DNA from: a virus
IMG/VR virus record: IMGVR_UViG_3300015370_000013
Coordinates: 31,717-95,716 of that record
Strand: one strand, 5' to 3'
Length of the DNA: 64,000 bases
The notes below the pieces were generated by a model. That model had not been told where the DNA came from. It did no database searches and was given only the letters and a program-made list of their open reading frames with translations. Position 1 is the stretch's first letter. Each line of letters starts with the position of its first letter. The position numbers and the translations under genes are program-made. Below are positions 19,905 to 29,712 of this stretch, piece by piece.

Positions 19905-21221
19905 ATGGCACAAACTAACCTTTTCAAACGCGCCTACGTTCGGGGCATCAATGATGAACTGGTACGCCTCGGAGCCCTCCGTTACCCATCGAAGACAGCG
20001 GCTGATGAAGTGGCTGATGGTGTTGCCGAAATGATGCCCGTCGATCCGGCAGTGGAACTAGCGCCTGAGGAAGCACCGGCAGGTATTGAGGGTGCACCAG
20101 GTGCAGGTGTTTCTCCCGACACCGCTGCGGAGGTCGCCGCCACACTGGTCGAGTCGGCACAGCAGCTGATGGCCGAAGCGGGACCCCCTGCCATGCCCGG
20201 AGGCGAAGTTCCCGTTCAAGCCCCCGAAGAGGCACTGAAAACCTCTGCTGCTGCGGATCTGAATACTCGTGCGAGTATGCAAGCCGAAGCTGTCATGGTG
20301 AAAGCCGCGTCCGAGGTGAAGCGAGCAATGGGATCTACCATCGAGGGCGGAGACAAGGGGAACACCTTGGCCGACGCTATCGCAGGTGAATCTGTGATGG
20401 AAGCTCGGAACAGACCCGCAGGCATGTACAACCTGGGTGTAGGCAATACACAGTACCCGGTAGGTGAGGGCGCAGTGGGTACCGAACAAGTTCCCGCACC
20501 AAACGCCCCCGCTGAGGATGGTACTGGCGCGTCCAGCAACTCCATCATCGAGCAGGCAAAGGCCGGTAGCTGGTTGAATGGCATCATCCACAAGCTCGCC
20601 ATGGGCGCGACCATCGAGGGCGGCGATAAGGGAAACACCCTGACCCAAGCTGCGGGTGTGACCGGCGAAGCCAAGATCGAAGCTGATCGGCGTCCCGATG
20701 GCTACGCCACAAATAGCCTCGGTCAAACCGCGCTACCTGTCACACTCGCCGCTGTGGTGGGTACGGAGCAGGACCACCCAGATATGCCCGGTGAAAGGGG
20801 CACTGGTGCTTCAAGCAACTCCGTCACCGAGCACACTGACAAAGCGGCGTTCGTCCGATTGTTCAAAAAAACCGCTTCATCCGTCGCGCACTTCCTACCG
20901 GAAGGCATGTCCGACGCACAGAAAATCGCACATGTCCGTCAAATGATGGGTCAGACCACCGCTGAGCGGAACATCTACCTGGGTTCGCTACACAAGAACG
21001 CAGGTACCGGCATCAAGCAAGCCATGGCTCTCATCCAGGCACACAGCAAAGCTGCTGAGGATATGCCCGAAGCCCTGGCCGCTGCCATGGTGGGCAAGGA
21101 AGAGGAGTGTGATAAGGATAAGAAAGACAAGAAGGACGAGAAGGACGAGAAGGAGAAAGAAGCCGGTCTCGACATCCTCGCACGAATTCGTGAGTTCAAC
21201 ACCACACTAGCACGACGCTAG
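19905..21221 (+). CDS. Putative scaffold/inner-core head protein with internal duplication
   Basis: Acidic, Ala-rich; N-terminal AYVRGINDELVRLG; two copies of AMGxTIEGGDKGNTL...GTGASSNS; many KxA motifs. Confidence 0.65.
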   Translation: MAQTNLFKRAYVRGINDELVRLGALRYPSKTAADEVADGVAEMMPVDPAVELAPEEAPAGIEGAPGAGVSPDTAAEVAATLVESAQQLMAEAGPPAMPGGEVPVQAPEEALKTSAAADLNTRASMQAEAVMVKAASEVKRAMGSTIEGGDKGNTLADAIAGESVMEARNRPAGMYNLGVGNTQYPVGEGAVGTEQVPAPNAPAEDGTGASSNSIIEQAKAGSWLNGIIHKLAMGATIEGGDKGNTLTQAAGVTGEAKIEADRRPDGYATNSLGQTALPVTLAAVVGTEQDHPDMPGERGTGASSNSVTEHTDKAAFVRLFKKTASSVAHFLPEGMSDAQKIAHVRQMMGQTTAERNIYLGSLHKNAGTGIKQAMALIQAHSKAAEDMPEALAAAMVGKEEECDKDKKDKKDEKDEKEKEAGLDILARIREFNTTLARR

Positions 21222-21293
21222 CTTCCGCGTTCGGCATCGCAGCCCGCCCCGGTGTCTGGCGGCAACTCGCGCCTACCCGGTAGGAGATGGCGC

Positions 21294-21524
21294 ATGAGAT
21301 TGTCTACAGAGATCTTTAAAATCGCAGCCCAAATGATCGAAGACCAACGTCTTCCTCAAACCATGGACGCCACCACGTCTCCCGACGAACAGGCCGGTGT
21401 TAATCTGGGGAATCCGGGAAGATCCGCGCTTTCTTTACTCGGTAAAGTCCCACGCTTTACCGCCCGAGAACCAGACCCGAAGGTTGTCCTGCCTTCTGGG
21501 GGTGGAGAGGCCGCGGGACAATGA
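21294..21524 (+). CDS. Hypothetical protein
   Basis: AGGAG RBS; coupled to the next gene. Confidence 0.55.
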   Translation: MRLSTEIFKIAAQMIEDQRLPQTMDATTSPDEQAGVNLGNPGRSALSLLGKVPRFTAREPDPKVVLPSGGGEAAGQ

Positions 21525-22120
21525 ATCTCCAACAGCTAAATACCCCCGCGGGGATGCAGCAACTAGTCGCTGTTACAGGAGGGGCACGTAGCCCTTACGC
21601 CGCGCCGGAGATGCAGAGCGCTACACACTCCGTGCTTAGCAATGCCCTACGTGAAAATCCAGCACTAGCCACCACCACCGTGGTCATTCGCCCCGGTTTC
21701 CCTAACGCGTACTATAACGTGAACAAAAATGAAATCGTGTTGGGGATTGTAGATCCTAACGTACTCGCACATGAACTGGAACATGCGGACAGCATGCAGC
21801 AGCACGGGTTGTACCGTAAGGTGTTGCAAATCGCACACGGCGTGTCCCAGCTCAACCACCTCGCTGCGCTACCCACTGTGCTTGCCCTACGCACATTTTT
21901 AAAGGATAAAGGACAGCGAGATGATATCCTTAAAACACTAGCCGCGGTCTCGGCAGCAGCTGCAGCCCCCGGACTAATGGAAGAAGCGAGTGCAAATATA
22001 GGTGCAGTACGGAACAGTCCCAATAAACTTGAAGCAATACGTACACTGGGTCCTGGATTTATGGCACATATTGCAAGCGGTATGTCCCCCAGTTTGATTT
22101 ACCAGCTCGGGAGAATGTAG
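21521..22120 (+). CDS. Putative zincin metallopeptidase
   Basis: NAYY...LAHELEH...EEASA. Confidence 0.6.
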   Translation: MNLQQLNTPAGMQQLVAVTGGARSPYAAPEMQSATHSVLSNALRENPALATTTVVIRPGFPNAYYNVNKNEIVLGIVDPNVLAHELEHADSMQQHGLYRKVLQIAHGVSQLNHLAALPTVLALRTFLKDKGQRDDILKTLAAVSAAAAAPGLMEEASANIGAVRNSPNKLEAIRTLGPGFMAHIASGMSPSLIYQLGRM

Positions 22121-24604
22121 ATGAGAAAACTAGCCGCACCACTGTCGCCGCGTACCCAGGGCTTCATGCAAGGGCTCCCTACGAGAGACGAAGAAAAGCA
22201 GCTGTTCGAGCAGGGATTATCGCAGATGGCGTATAACGTCCTGACGTCTCGTTTTCCAGACCTACTCCCTGAAGTAATAACCTTCCGCATTCTGGATACC
22301 GACGTGGATAAGGGCGTCGGTGTTGGTGCCTTCGTGGTACAGCACGGAACGGACACGTTGTATATTCCGGTTATCATGTCCGACAACCAAATTAAACCAC
22401 TAGACATGTTTTATCATAAAGCTCTAAACGTGTTCCTGCCCCTCAACAACGACTGGTTAGATGAAGTACAGCAGCTTACCCTCGACGAGATGGGCAACGA
22501 CGTCGATACGCCTAAATCACTACAACGTGATGTAGACACACGCCATGTAATGGTGCCGCCTACAGCGGGGCGTTTTGCATACGCTGCAGCACGAGGGACA
22601 GGCGCACCAGACATCAAAGCTGATCTTCTACAGATGTTAACGCACCTGCAAACCAAAACTGCTGCGTCCGTGGCGCATCTTCCAACTTTTCTTCAACGAG
22701 CACCTGAAGAGATGCGTACAGCTTTCGCAGATATTCTCCTCAAAAATACAAAACTAGCGTCCAGTGTCAGCCGGATGTACGGACTGGATGAACTCTGCGC
22801 CGCGTTGCAGAAGACCGCTAGTGCCACATCTTCCACAGGTGGTGGTTTGTGGGTCGCCGACGACACCACTACACCCAAGCGCTTAAATGAAATCTTCGGA
22901 GACCAAGCGCCGGAAGCTTTCCAGGGTGTGCGTCGAGATGGTTTTGCCGCCAAGGATACTCGCAAAACCAACAATGTCGCTGTACAGATTCAAACCCCGA
23001 CGAGCCTGCAAGAACCTGCGGACTCAGGGTTCTACGCGGTATTTACAGACAAGGGACAAATGAAACCCGCGTTCGTGATTTGTGACCCTACATCCGTTGA
23101 TCACCACCAATGCTTTAACTTTACTCTTCGTGGCAAACGCCACACTACAACCCCACGACTTGTCATTTTGAATGACGGCAAATACATCCGATGCAGCCGT
23201 CTAATAGGAGAAAGACTCGAAGGAAGTGATGCCAAAAAATCAGACCTTTGGGGTAAACTCCTTGAAGGTTCGCGTGGTGATACGCCCAAGGTCGGTGACC
23301 ACGGAATCTTCGTGTATAAAGCGGGACAAAGTTTCAAAGGTACGAAACCCTTCACGATTCAAACAGCCAACACGGACAGCGTTGGAGTGAAGCGGTTTAC
23401 CTGTGACGTTTACGACCAGACTACCCTCATTCAAGATCCGAAGGGGGTGTTCAAGTCGTTTCACCAACCGTCGCAGACACGGATCATGTACATCCCCCAA
23501 ACGGCACGGTTTATTCGACTGGTTAACCCCAGAGATCAGGAACGCCAAAGTGAGGATGTCCTGCTAAGTGACCCGAAAGCGGTTGCTGAGCTGTTCCAGG
23601 GAGAGATGGTGCGGCGTGCAAAGCCTCTCACCATCAAAAACGCCAGTGGGGGAGAGTTCGTCATCAACAAAACGGAACACCACTACGGTGTCGCTAAAAC
23701 AGCGGAGGCTGTCGCGCGTAGATGGGATATCCCATTCGGTGATGCATTGACCTTAGTAAAACAGGCGGCTATGTACCCGCGCGCCCACGCCAAAGCGTTT
23801 ATCCTGGGTGCTCAAGAACGGGACTTCCTGGTTCGAAACTTCAACGCTCGTATGAAATACGCTCAAGGCCCCGCGATGGACCCCTCGTCCATGATGAATG
23901 GTCAGGGTGCTCCGCCACCACCTCCGCCGCCTCCTGGAGGTATGCCGCCCGAGGGTATGCCTCCTGAAATGATGCCACCGCCGCCGCCGCCACCGCCGTC
24001 TCCGCTGGATATGGCTGTAGGTGAGGCGAATACACAGCTGCAGCAGCAAATGGCGGATCTCCAACAGCAACAAATGGCGTTGGAGAGTCAGGTTCAGACA
24101 CTACAGATGGTGCAACAGCGGGCGCAGGAACTCGCCATGGGCGGGGGAGAAGCAGCGGCAATGGGCGCACCTCCGATGCCTATGCCCGGTGCTGGGGGTG
24201 GAGGTATGGCTGGCGGTGAGGAAATGATGGGTGGCACTGCAACTATGGCCACGGAGACACCCTCCGCTGCAGAAATTCAAAACCAGGTGAACCCTCAGTT
24301 CCTGGAGCAAGCGGCGGAGCTGAACGACACCGGCGTGTTTGATGCTGCTGCCATCTCCAGCATGTCTCAAGCACCCGCGTTCAAAGCGATGGTGTTAGAT
24401 TACGTTCCTGTGCTGGAGCGCAGTCTGGATAACCTGGGGCGCGTCTTACTCACCATGTGGATACAAGAAAGTGAGTTGAAACAAGCGCTAGGCGAAGAAG
24501 AGTATACTGGCCTTGAGGACAGTACACGTAACGTCTTCGAGGGACTCGGTAAACTCATTCTCCAATTAAATCGAAATACCATAGTCCTGGGGGACCTCAA
24601 ATGA
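22121..24604 (+). CDS. Large putative head/inner-core protein
   Basis: 827 aa in the head module; many KxA motifs; Pro/Met/Gln-rich linker. Confidence 0.65.
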   Translation: MRKLAAPLSPRTQGFMQGLPTRDEEKQLFEQGLSQMAYNVLTSRFPDLLPEVITFRILDTDVDKGVGVGAFVVQHGTDTLYIPVIMSDNQIKPLDMFYHKALNVFLPLNNDWLDEVQQLTLDEMGNDVDTPKSLQRDVDTRHVMVPPTAGRFAYAAARGTGAPDIKADLLQMLTHLQTKTAASVAHLPTFLQRAPEEMRTAFADILLKNTKLASSVSRMYGLDELCAALQKTASATSSTGGGLWVADDTTTPKRLNEIFGDQAPEAFQGVRRDGFAAKDTRKTNNVAVQIQTPTSLQEPADSGFYAVFTDKGQMKPAFVICDPTSVDHHQCFNFTLRGKRHTTTPRLVILNDGKYIRCSRLIGERLEGSDAKKSDLWGKLLEGSRGDTPKVGDHGIFVYKAGQSFKGTKPFTIQTANTDSVGVKRFTCDVYDQTTLIQDPKGVFKSFHQPSQTRIMYIPQTARFIRLVNPRDQERQSEDVLLSDPKAVAELFQGEMVRRAKPLTIKNASGGEFVINKTEHHYGVAKTAEAVARRWDIPFGDALTLVKQAAMYPRAHAKAFILGAQERDFLVRNFNARMKYAQGPAMDPSSMMNGQGAPPPPPPPPGGMPPEGMPPEMMPPPPPPPPSPLDMAVGEANTQLQQQMADLQQQQMALESQVQTLQMVQQRAQELAMGGGEAAAMGAPPMPMPGAGGGGMAGGEEMMGGTATMATETPSAAEIQNQVNPQFLEQAAELNDTGVFDAAAISSMSQAPAFKAMVLDYVPVLERSLDNLGRVLLTMWIQESELKQALGEEEYTGLEDSTRNVFEGLGKLILQLNRNTIVLGDLK

Positions 24605-25296
24605 CCCGCGACCCGTATCACCTCATTTACTCGGCGCAGGCGTGCGTTGAGTCCAGTACTGCGCCGCCCGTTGGGTCTCGGATGGAGGTCCTTGTTCAAC
24701 ACCTATACGGGGCTACAGTAGACCCACACCTACGCTACGCCATCGAGAAATACGAAGATAGTGTGTCTCGTAGCGTGCTTGGTAGTCTTCTATTAGCCGG
24801 TGCCCCATCTGATCTTATCCGGCGCGTCACGGATATCGCTACTGAAATAGTTGAAGCGTACAGAACGTACATCTTTGACACTACGGTGTTTCGTGACCAA
24901 CTGGAAAAGGTTAGCTACGTAAAAGCTATCCGTCAGTATCTCCCCGACGATGAGAGCAGCTTGTTTGAAGCATCTGTAAGTGCGGGCATGGAGTACCTTA
25001 CTTGGATGCTTGGACACCAACCGGAAATAACGACCAAAGAAGTATTGCGTGCGCAAATGTTAAGCGCGCATTACCGAAGCGAAAGCGGTAAAAATGCACC
25101 CATCACTTCGGAGGTCTCCAAACAAGCGCGTGTCTGGTCTAAACAAGCGAGTGAAAACGCTATTGCATTGGAGCGTATCGACCCGTCCAAGAGCACCGAC
25201 GCCTTCAACCAACTACGTATCGCCCTGACATACCAGGACGAAGTGTGGGATAGTGACGCTATCGATGCTCCAGACCCTAACGATTTAGTCAATTGA
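24601..25296 (+). CDS. Hypothetical protein
   Basis: 231-aa ORF with ATGA coupling. Confidence 0.65.
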   Translation: MTRDPYHLIYSAQACVESSTAPPVGSRMEVLVQHLYGATVDPHLRYAIEKYEDSVSRSVLGSLLLAGAPSDLIRRVTDIATEIVEAYRTYIFDTTVFRDQLEKVSYVKAIRQYLPDDESSLFEASVSAGMEYLTWMLGHQPEITTKEVLRAQMLSAHYRSESGKNAPITSEVSKQARVWSKQASENAIALERIDPSKSTDAFNQLRIALTYQDEVWDSDAIDAPDPNDLVN

Positions 25297-25306
25297 GAGG
25301 AACACG

Positions 25307-26107
25307 ATGATGTTAACTGATCCTCAACTCCGTAGCTTCACCAACGAAGTAGTGGCGTCACACTTCAAAGACAACACGCCGCTGACCGACGGTGTCGTAA
25401 AGATTGCGGAGCGTGCAGACCTCAACCCGGAACAGGTGCGGCGGCTCACAGAGTCTGTGAATAACGAGACGTTTCTACGCCGGTTTCAGAACGCCGAAAA
25501 ACAAGGTGAAGCAGACCGTGTAGTGACCTTTGAGACCGCGGATGCTGACGCGGCGCTCTCTCGTCTAGTCGACACCGCAAAGACGGCGATGTACCAGGGA
25601 CGTGTTGCACCCAAGGACAGTAACGACTCGGGACCACTCCCACGAACCCACGCTAATACCCCAGCGCCTCTTCCCCCTCCCCGTAAGGAAGAAGTGAAAG
25701 AAGCGCAGCTCGACGGACACATCATCGTTCGCCGTCTGAGGAAGACAGCGGCGAATTTGGCAGCAGCAATGATGGAGCAGCGAGAAGCGTATACCTCTGG
25801 TCTCGTCCAGATGACACACCATCTCGTCCATCACCCGGACCAGTTCGACACTTTCGAAAAAGACGCCTTCTATCACTGGGGCGGCGACGCATGTCCGCAC
25901 CTACAACTCTTACGTTCAGCCCTACGGAAACCGCAAGCGACGTACAACCACGCACAGTTCACCAAGGTTGCTCGCGTCGTTGATTTGAATACTGTCCCTA
26001 TGCAGCAACTCCAAGAGCTACACAGGAACACATCCGAAATACGCAGACTTAACGCGGGACAGGAGAAGGTAAAACAGTGGCTGGACCAACTGAAAGACTT
26101 CCGATAG
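25307..26107 (+). CDS. Putative head protein
   Basis: KIA, KTA, KEA, KVA motifs; head-module position. Confidence 0.6.
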   Translation: MMLTDPQLRSFTNEVVASHFKDNTPLTDGVVKIAERADLNPEQVRRLTESVNNETFLRRFQNAEKQGEADRVVTFETADADAALSRLVDTAKTAMYQGRVAPKDSNDSGPLPRTHANTPAPLPPPRKEEVKEAQLDGHIIVRRLRKTAANLAAAMMEQREAYTSGLVQMTHHLVHHPDQFDTFEKDAFYHWGGDACPHLQLLRSALRKPQATYNHAQFTKVARVVDLNTVPMQQLQELHRNTSEIRRLNAGQEKVKQWLDQLKDFR

Positions 26108-26844
26108 TATCAAACATAGAGGACGCGGCTACTCGTACTTCAGAACGGTACGATCGTTTTCTCAACGCGTTGTTGTCCGCCAACAAGAAGCAACCAGGAG
26201 AGCGTGTCGTGACTGCCTCTACAAATTTCACTCGGCTACGAAAAGCTTTACAGGATAAAAACACCGTTAAAACTGCAGCTGTACCTACTGCTCCTGTCAA
26301 GAGTCTCATGGAGCGTCTACTCGGCAGTAAAGGACTTCTGTTAGGCGGCGCAACGCTCCTGGGTGTTGGTGCCTTAACCGCTCCGACACTCAACTCCATG
26401 GGTGAACGCGTCCGCAAACACTTCTACCCAACCCTTGGTGAACGGATGGGTCTTCCTGGCACAACCGATGACCCATTTATCAAGAAACTACAGGAGGAGG
26501 CGGGTAAAGAACTTGCGACAGGTGGGGGTGAGGCGATCAGGAGTCTAATCAATCGCGGCCTAAAAGTACCGGGTCAACTTACCAAAGGGTATCAGGGTAG
26601 AGGTGTTTTCCAGCAACTCCAACAAGACGACGACGTGCTGTCCCAAGCGGATCCTAGGATGGTGATGGACGCGTACCAAACGATGGCTCGGTTCGCCCCC
26701 ACACTCGCGACAGACCCCAACGCTGTTCGTACATTCCTACGTGAGAGCGCGCTGTACGGCTCCGGTCCCAACGTTATGTCGGTTCAACAAATTGCAAACG
26801 CTGAACGTGCTATCGCAGACGCACAAGAGGGTCCCAGGAGATAA
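26077..26844 (+). CDS. Putative head protein (start uncertain)
   Basis: KTAA followed by a Gly-rich hydrophobic segment. Confidence 0.6.
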   Translation: MAGPTERLPIVSNIEDAATRTSERYDRFLNALLSANKKQPGERVVTASTNFTRLRKALQDKNTVKTAAVPTAPVKSLMERLLGSKGLLLGGATLLGVGALTAPTLNSMGERVRKHFYPTLGERMGLPGTTDDPFIKKLQEEAGKELATGGGEAIRSLINRGLKVPGQLTKGYQGRGVFQQLQQDDDVLSQADPRMVMDAYQTMARFAPTLATDPNAVRTFLRESALYGSGPNVMSVQQIANAERAIADAQEGPRR

Positions 26845-26846
26845 CC

Positions 26847-27077
26847 ATGTTTCTCATTACAAAAGCGTCGCCACACACACGGCAAGTCCTCAGCGGCGCG
26901 CTCCACAAGGTCGCCGCAGTCATGGCGAACCGAGGACCCTTCCCTATCAACCGGAACGAGGTGACCCTGAAGGAGGCGGCGTACCTTATCGGCACCCAGG
27001 CGCATTACAACTGGTTGACGAAACGTGCTACCCTGGAGGGTATCATCAACACGGTGCGGCTGAACCAAGGTGTATAG
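26847..27077 (+). CDS. Small hypothetical protein
   Basis: AGGAG RBS; KVA, KEA, KRA motifs. Confidence 0.6.
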   Translation: MFLITKASPHTRQVLSGALHKVAAVMANRGPFPINRNEVTLKEAAYLIGTQAHYNWLTKRATLEGIINTVRLNQGV

Positions 27078-27080
27078 ACC

Positions 27081-27746
27081 ATGAACCCCCAACTCTACGG
27101 TGACATTTTACGCGCACTCCACCTCTCCGCTGCTTTGGAGAAAACAGCTTCGCTGCGTCCTGACACCCTGGAGGCCAAGACCGCGCATGACTGGGTGCTC
27201 TTCCAGACGATTAAAGAAGCGGGCCTGTTAAGCGCCGCCAGACAGGGGCTTTCGACTGCTGCTGAATCTTCGGTAGGTAAAGGGCTCTTAACCGCAGCTA
27301 AATCACCCATGGGTAAGGGACTCTTGGCTGCTACGGGTGCTGCCATCCCCGCTGCTGCGGTGGTTTCTCACGCAGGCAACGTAGCTGCGGACAACAACGA
27401 AGACATGCGGAACAAGGCCCTCCAGGTTGCCCTGGGTATAGGCGGTGTTGGGGCTGGGTTATTGGGTATGCACCGCTTAACCCAACCGACGGAGTCACAA
27501 AGTGTTAGCTATGGCCGTGACCCCTCCACGGGTAAGATGGTTATGCAGCACGCATCTGGTGTTAAAAAAAGCTCCGCCGAAGCTGAGCCTCTACTCCAAA
27601 AGCTCGCCACAGTGGGCTACCTCGATGTCGTGCTTGAGACACAAGCAGCGTATGGAAAGACCGCTGAGACACGCGAGAACGCACAGCAGTGCCGCTTCCT
27701 CAACGCTGAACACGGTGTCTCCATCCTGAGAGAACTGCTCCTCTGA
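27081..27746 (+). CDS. Putative head protein with Gly/Ala-rich hydrophobic segments
   Basis: EKTAS, KTAH, KEAG; short duplicated GKGLL. Confidence 0.6.
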   Translation: MNPQLYGDILRALHLSAALEKTASLRPDTLEAKTAHDWVLFQTIKEAGLLSAARQGLSTAAESSVGKGLLTAAKSPMGKGLLAATGAAIPAAAVVSHAGNVAADNNEDMRNKALQVALGIGGVGAGLLGMHRLTQPTESQSVSYGRDPSTGKMVMQHASGVKKSSAEAEPLLQKLATVGYLDVVLETQAAYGKTAETRENAQQCRFLNAEHGVSILRELLL

Positions 27747-29644
27747 TGCGCACCAAAATCATCGTACTGGACGACCATTTCTCCACCGGCGAACCTACAG
27801 TTCAGCCTGTGCTTCTTTGGGGTTTACGCGGTAAACCGTTCTACGGCGAGCACTCCAAGGTCGCGACACATAGTCCTGCGATGGAGTACATCAAGACAGT
27901 TACGCCTGTGCCTGGACGCACCATCGTTTTAATTATTGGCCTGGGCAGCTTCGAGTACTACGGACTCAACCGCAACGGTGACGGTTTTAATGAGCGACCC
28001 TACAAGCCGAACGTAAAACCTACATGTGGGTGCTGCGGTACGAGTCGGGACGCTTGGGTGCTCGAAGACGAGTGCGTTCAGCACCACTATAAGACGTACG
28101 AGCAGGGTGCCGTCTATCGCCACCACTGTAACAAAGATCCAAAAAAAGCCATCGGTCAGGTCCTAAAAGCCTTCTGGAATCCCTACATGCACCGCGTAGA
28201 GGTCCTGCAGGATATCGAGAATACGAAGGCCCCAGACCTGGTAGAACAGATAAACGGTGGGCAATACCCGGCTGCGTCGATGGGTTGTAGGATCAAGTAT
28301 GACGTATGCACAAAATGCGGACATAACGCTCCCACTCGTGCTCAATACTGCGATCACCTCAAATGGCAAATGGGACACCTCGACCCTGGTTCAGGTATCC
28401 GATACGGTGCGTTGAACCCCTCCCCCCGCTTCTTCGACAGCTCCTGGGTTATTCGCCCCGCCGACCGCACAGGCTACATGCTCAAGAAGGTGGCCAACAC
28501 CCACGCCTACGAGCTGCAAGACAGCAGCGTGATGGGTGAGCTTGTCGACGCGCTAGACGCCAAATCAGCAGCGGTGCGTAAGATCGGAGCCATCGACAAG
28601 GTCCTCCGTGGGTATCCCGCCGCCATGGTTTCGTCTGACCTCCCCGAGGGCAAACTCGTTGAACAGTACCGCGACACCTCCCTCTCGAAGGTTACGAAAA
28701 GCACAGAACTACTACCAGAGAAAGTACTGCAAGCGCTTTCCATGTACAGTTTACCGAAAACACTAAAGGCATTGTCTCGTGCAGGTATCACCCTGACCAC
28801 GCCGGAGTTTGTTAAGCTATTCATGAAGCAACTAGCGCCACAGGCGAAGATACCTGTAGAGGTGCTCCACCACTTGACCGCGCTTCAGACCGAGATTCTC
28901 GCGCTACTAGCTGAGCACCCTACGCTGCTAGAGGCTCTAAGCCCTGCGCTACAGACGGAGGATGAACCCGGCGACGCGTTACAAAAGAAGACCGACACGT
29001 TGCGGGAAAAACGGTCCACTGCAATGGGCTACCTTCAGCGTCGCATGACGCCCGAGGCGTACAAACATAGTGACCCACCGAGGACCGAACTGCTCCACGT
29101 ACAAGACCCCACTACGGGACAGATATATCAAACGAACCGGGACGCCGTTAGGAACACGGAGGACTCCCTGGACGAAGCCCAGCTTAAAAAACTCTTGGGT
29201 AGCGCGGGTCTGATGGCGGGAGCGTACAAAGCGCTTACCAGCCTCCCCGGCGCTTCCAAACTGGTGAGTCTACCCTTGGCAGGCGCGAGCTACGCCTTGG
29301 GTCGTTCAGGTCTACAGGAGCCGGATACATACGAGACGACCACCGGGGAGCGTATTCCTCAGCTAACGGAGCTTCAAGAGAAACAGAGTCACGTCCTTAA
29401 CCAAATACACACAACTGGGCTTGAACATTCGTTCCTGACGAAGCACGCTTGTCGTACGCACGGCACCCTACACGCTCTACTATCTAAAATTGCACATTTT
29501 GGTATAGAGTCCGGGGGTCCTTCGCTGCTAGACTTACTACCGAAAACGGCGGGACAGTACAGCGTTGTTGCGACACCGCCAAACATTGAAAAAATCGCCA
29601 TGTTAGTCGGGAATTTAATATACTCGACAATTGATAGAAACTAA
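27746..29644 (+). CDS. Capsid maturation (prohead) protease with C-terminal extension
   Basis: NRNGDGF...HHCN...SMGC..CTKCG..CDH...FFDSSWVIRPAD pattern of Cys-containing phage prohead proteases; upstream of the capsid genes. Confidence 0.78.
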   Translation: MRTKIIVLDDHFSTGEPTVQPVLLWGLRGKPFYGEHSKVATHSPAMEYIKTVTPVPGRTIVLIIGLGSFEYYGLNRNGDGFNERPYKPNVKPTCGCCGTSRDAWVLEDECVQHHYKTYEQGAVYRHHCNKDPKKAIGQVLKAFWNPYMHRVEVLQDIENTKAPDLVEQINGGQYPAASMGCRIKYDVCTKCGHNAPTRAQYCDHLKWQMGHLDPGSGIRYGALNPSPRFFDSSWVIRPADRTGYMLKKVANTHAYELQDSSVMGELVDALDAKSAAVRKIGAIDKVLRGYPAAMVSSDLPEGKLVEQYRDTSLSKVTKSTELLPEKVLQALSMYSLPKTLKALSRAGITLTTPEFVKLFMKQLAPQAKIPVEVLHHLTALQTEILALLAEHPTLLEALSPALQTEDEPGDALQKKTDTLREKRSTAMGYLQRRMTPEAYKHSDPPRTELLHVQDPTTGQIYQTNRDAVRNTEDSLDEAQLKKLLGSAGLMAGAYKALTSLPGASKLVSLPLAGASYALGRSGLQEPDTYETTTGERIPQLTELQEKQSHVLNQIHTTGLEHSFLTKHACRTHGTLHALLSKIAHFGIESGGPSLLDLLPKTAGQYSVVATPPNIEKIAMLVGNLIYSTIDRN

Positions 29645-29645
29645 C

Positions 29646-29674
29646 TTGTCTTTCCGGGAGTTTCACTCTAACAT
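29646..29674 (+). promoter_or_regulatory. sigma70-like promoter
   Basis: TTGTCT-N17-TAACAT in the intergenic gap. Confidence 0.5.
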
Positions 29675-29712
29675 TAGGATTGAAAATTCAGCCGGAAATA
29701 TGCGAGGGTACA

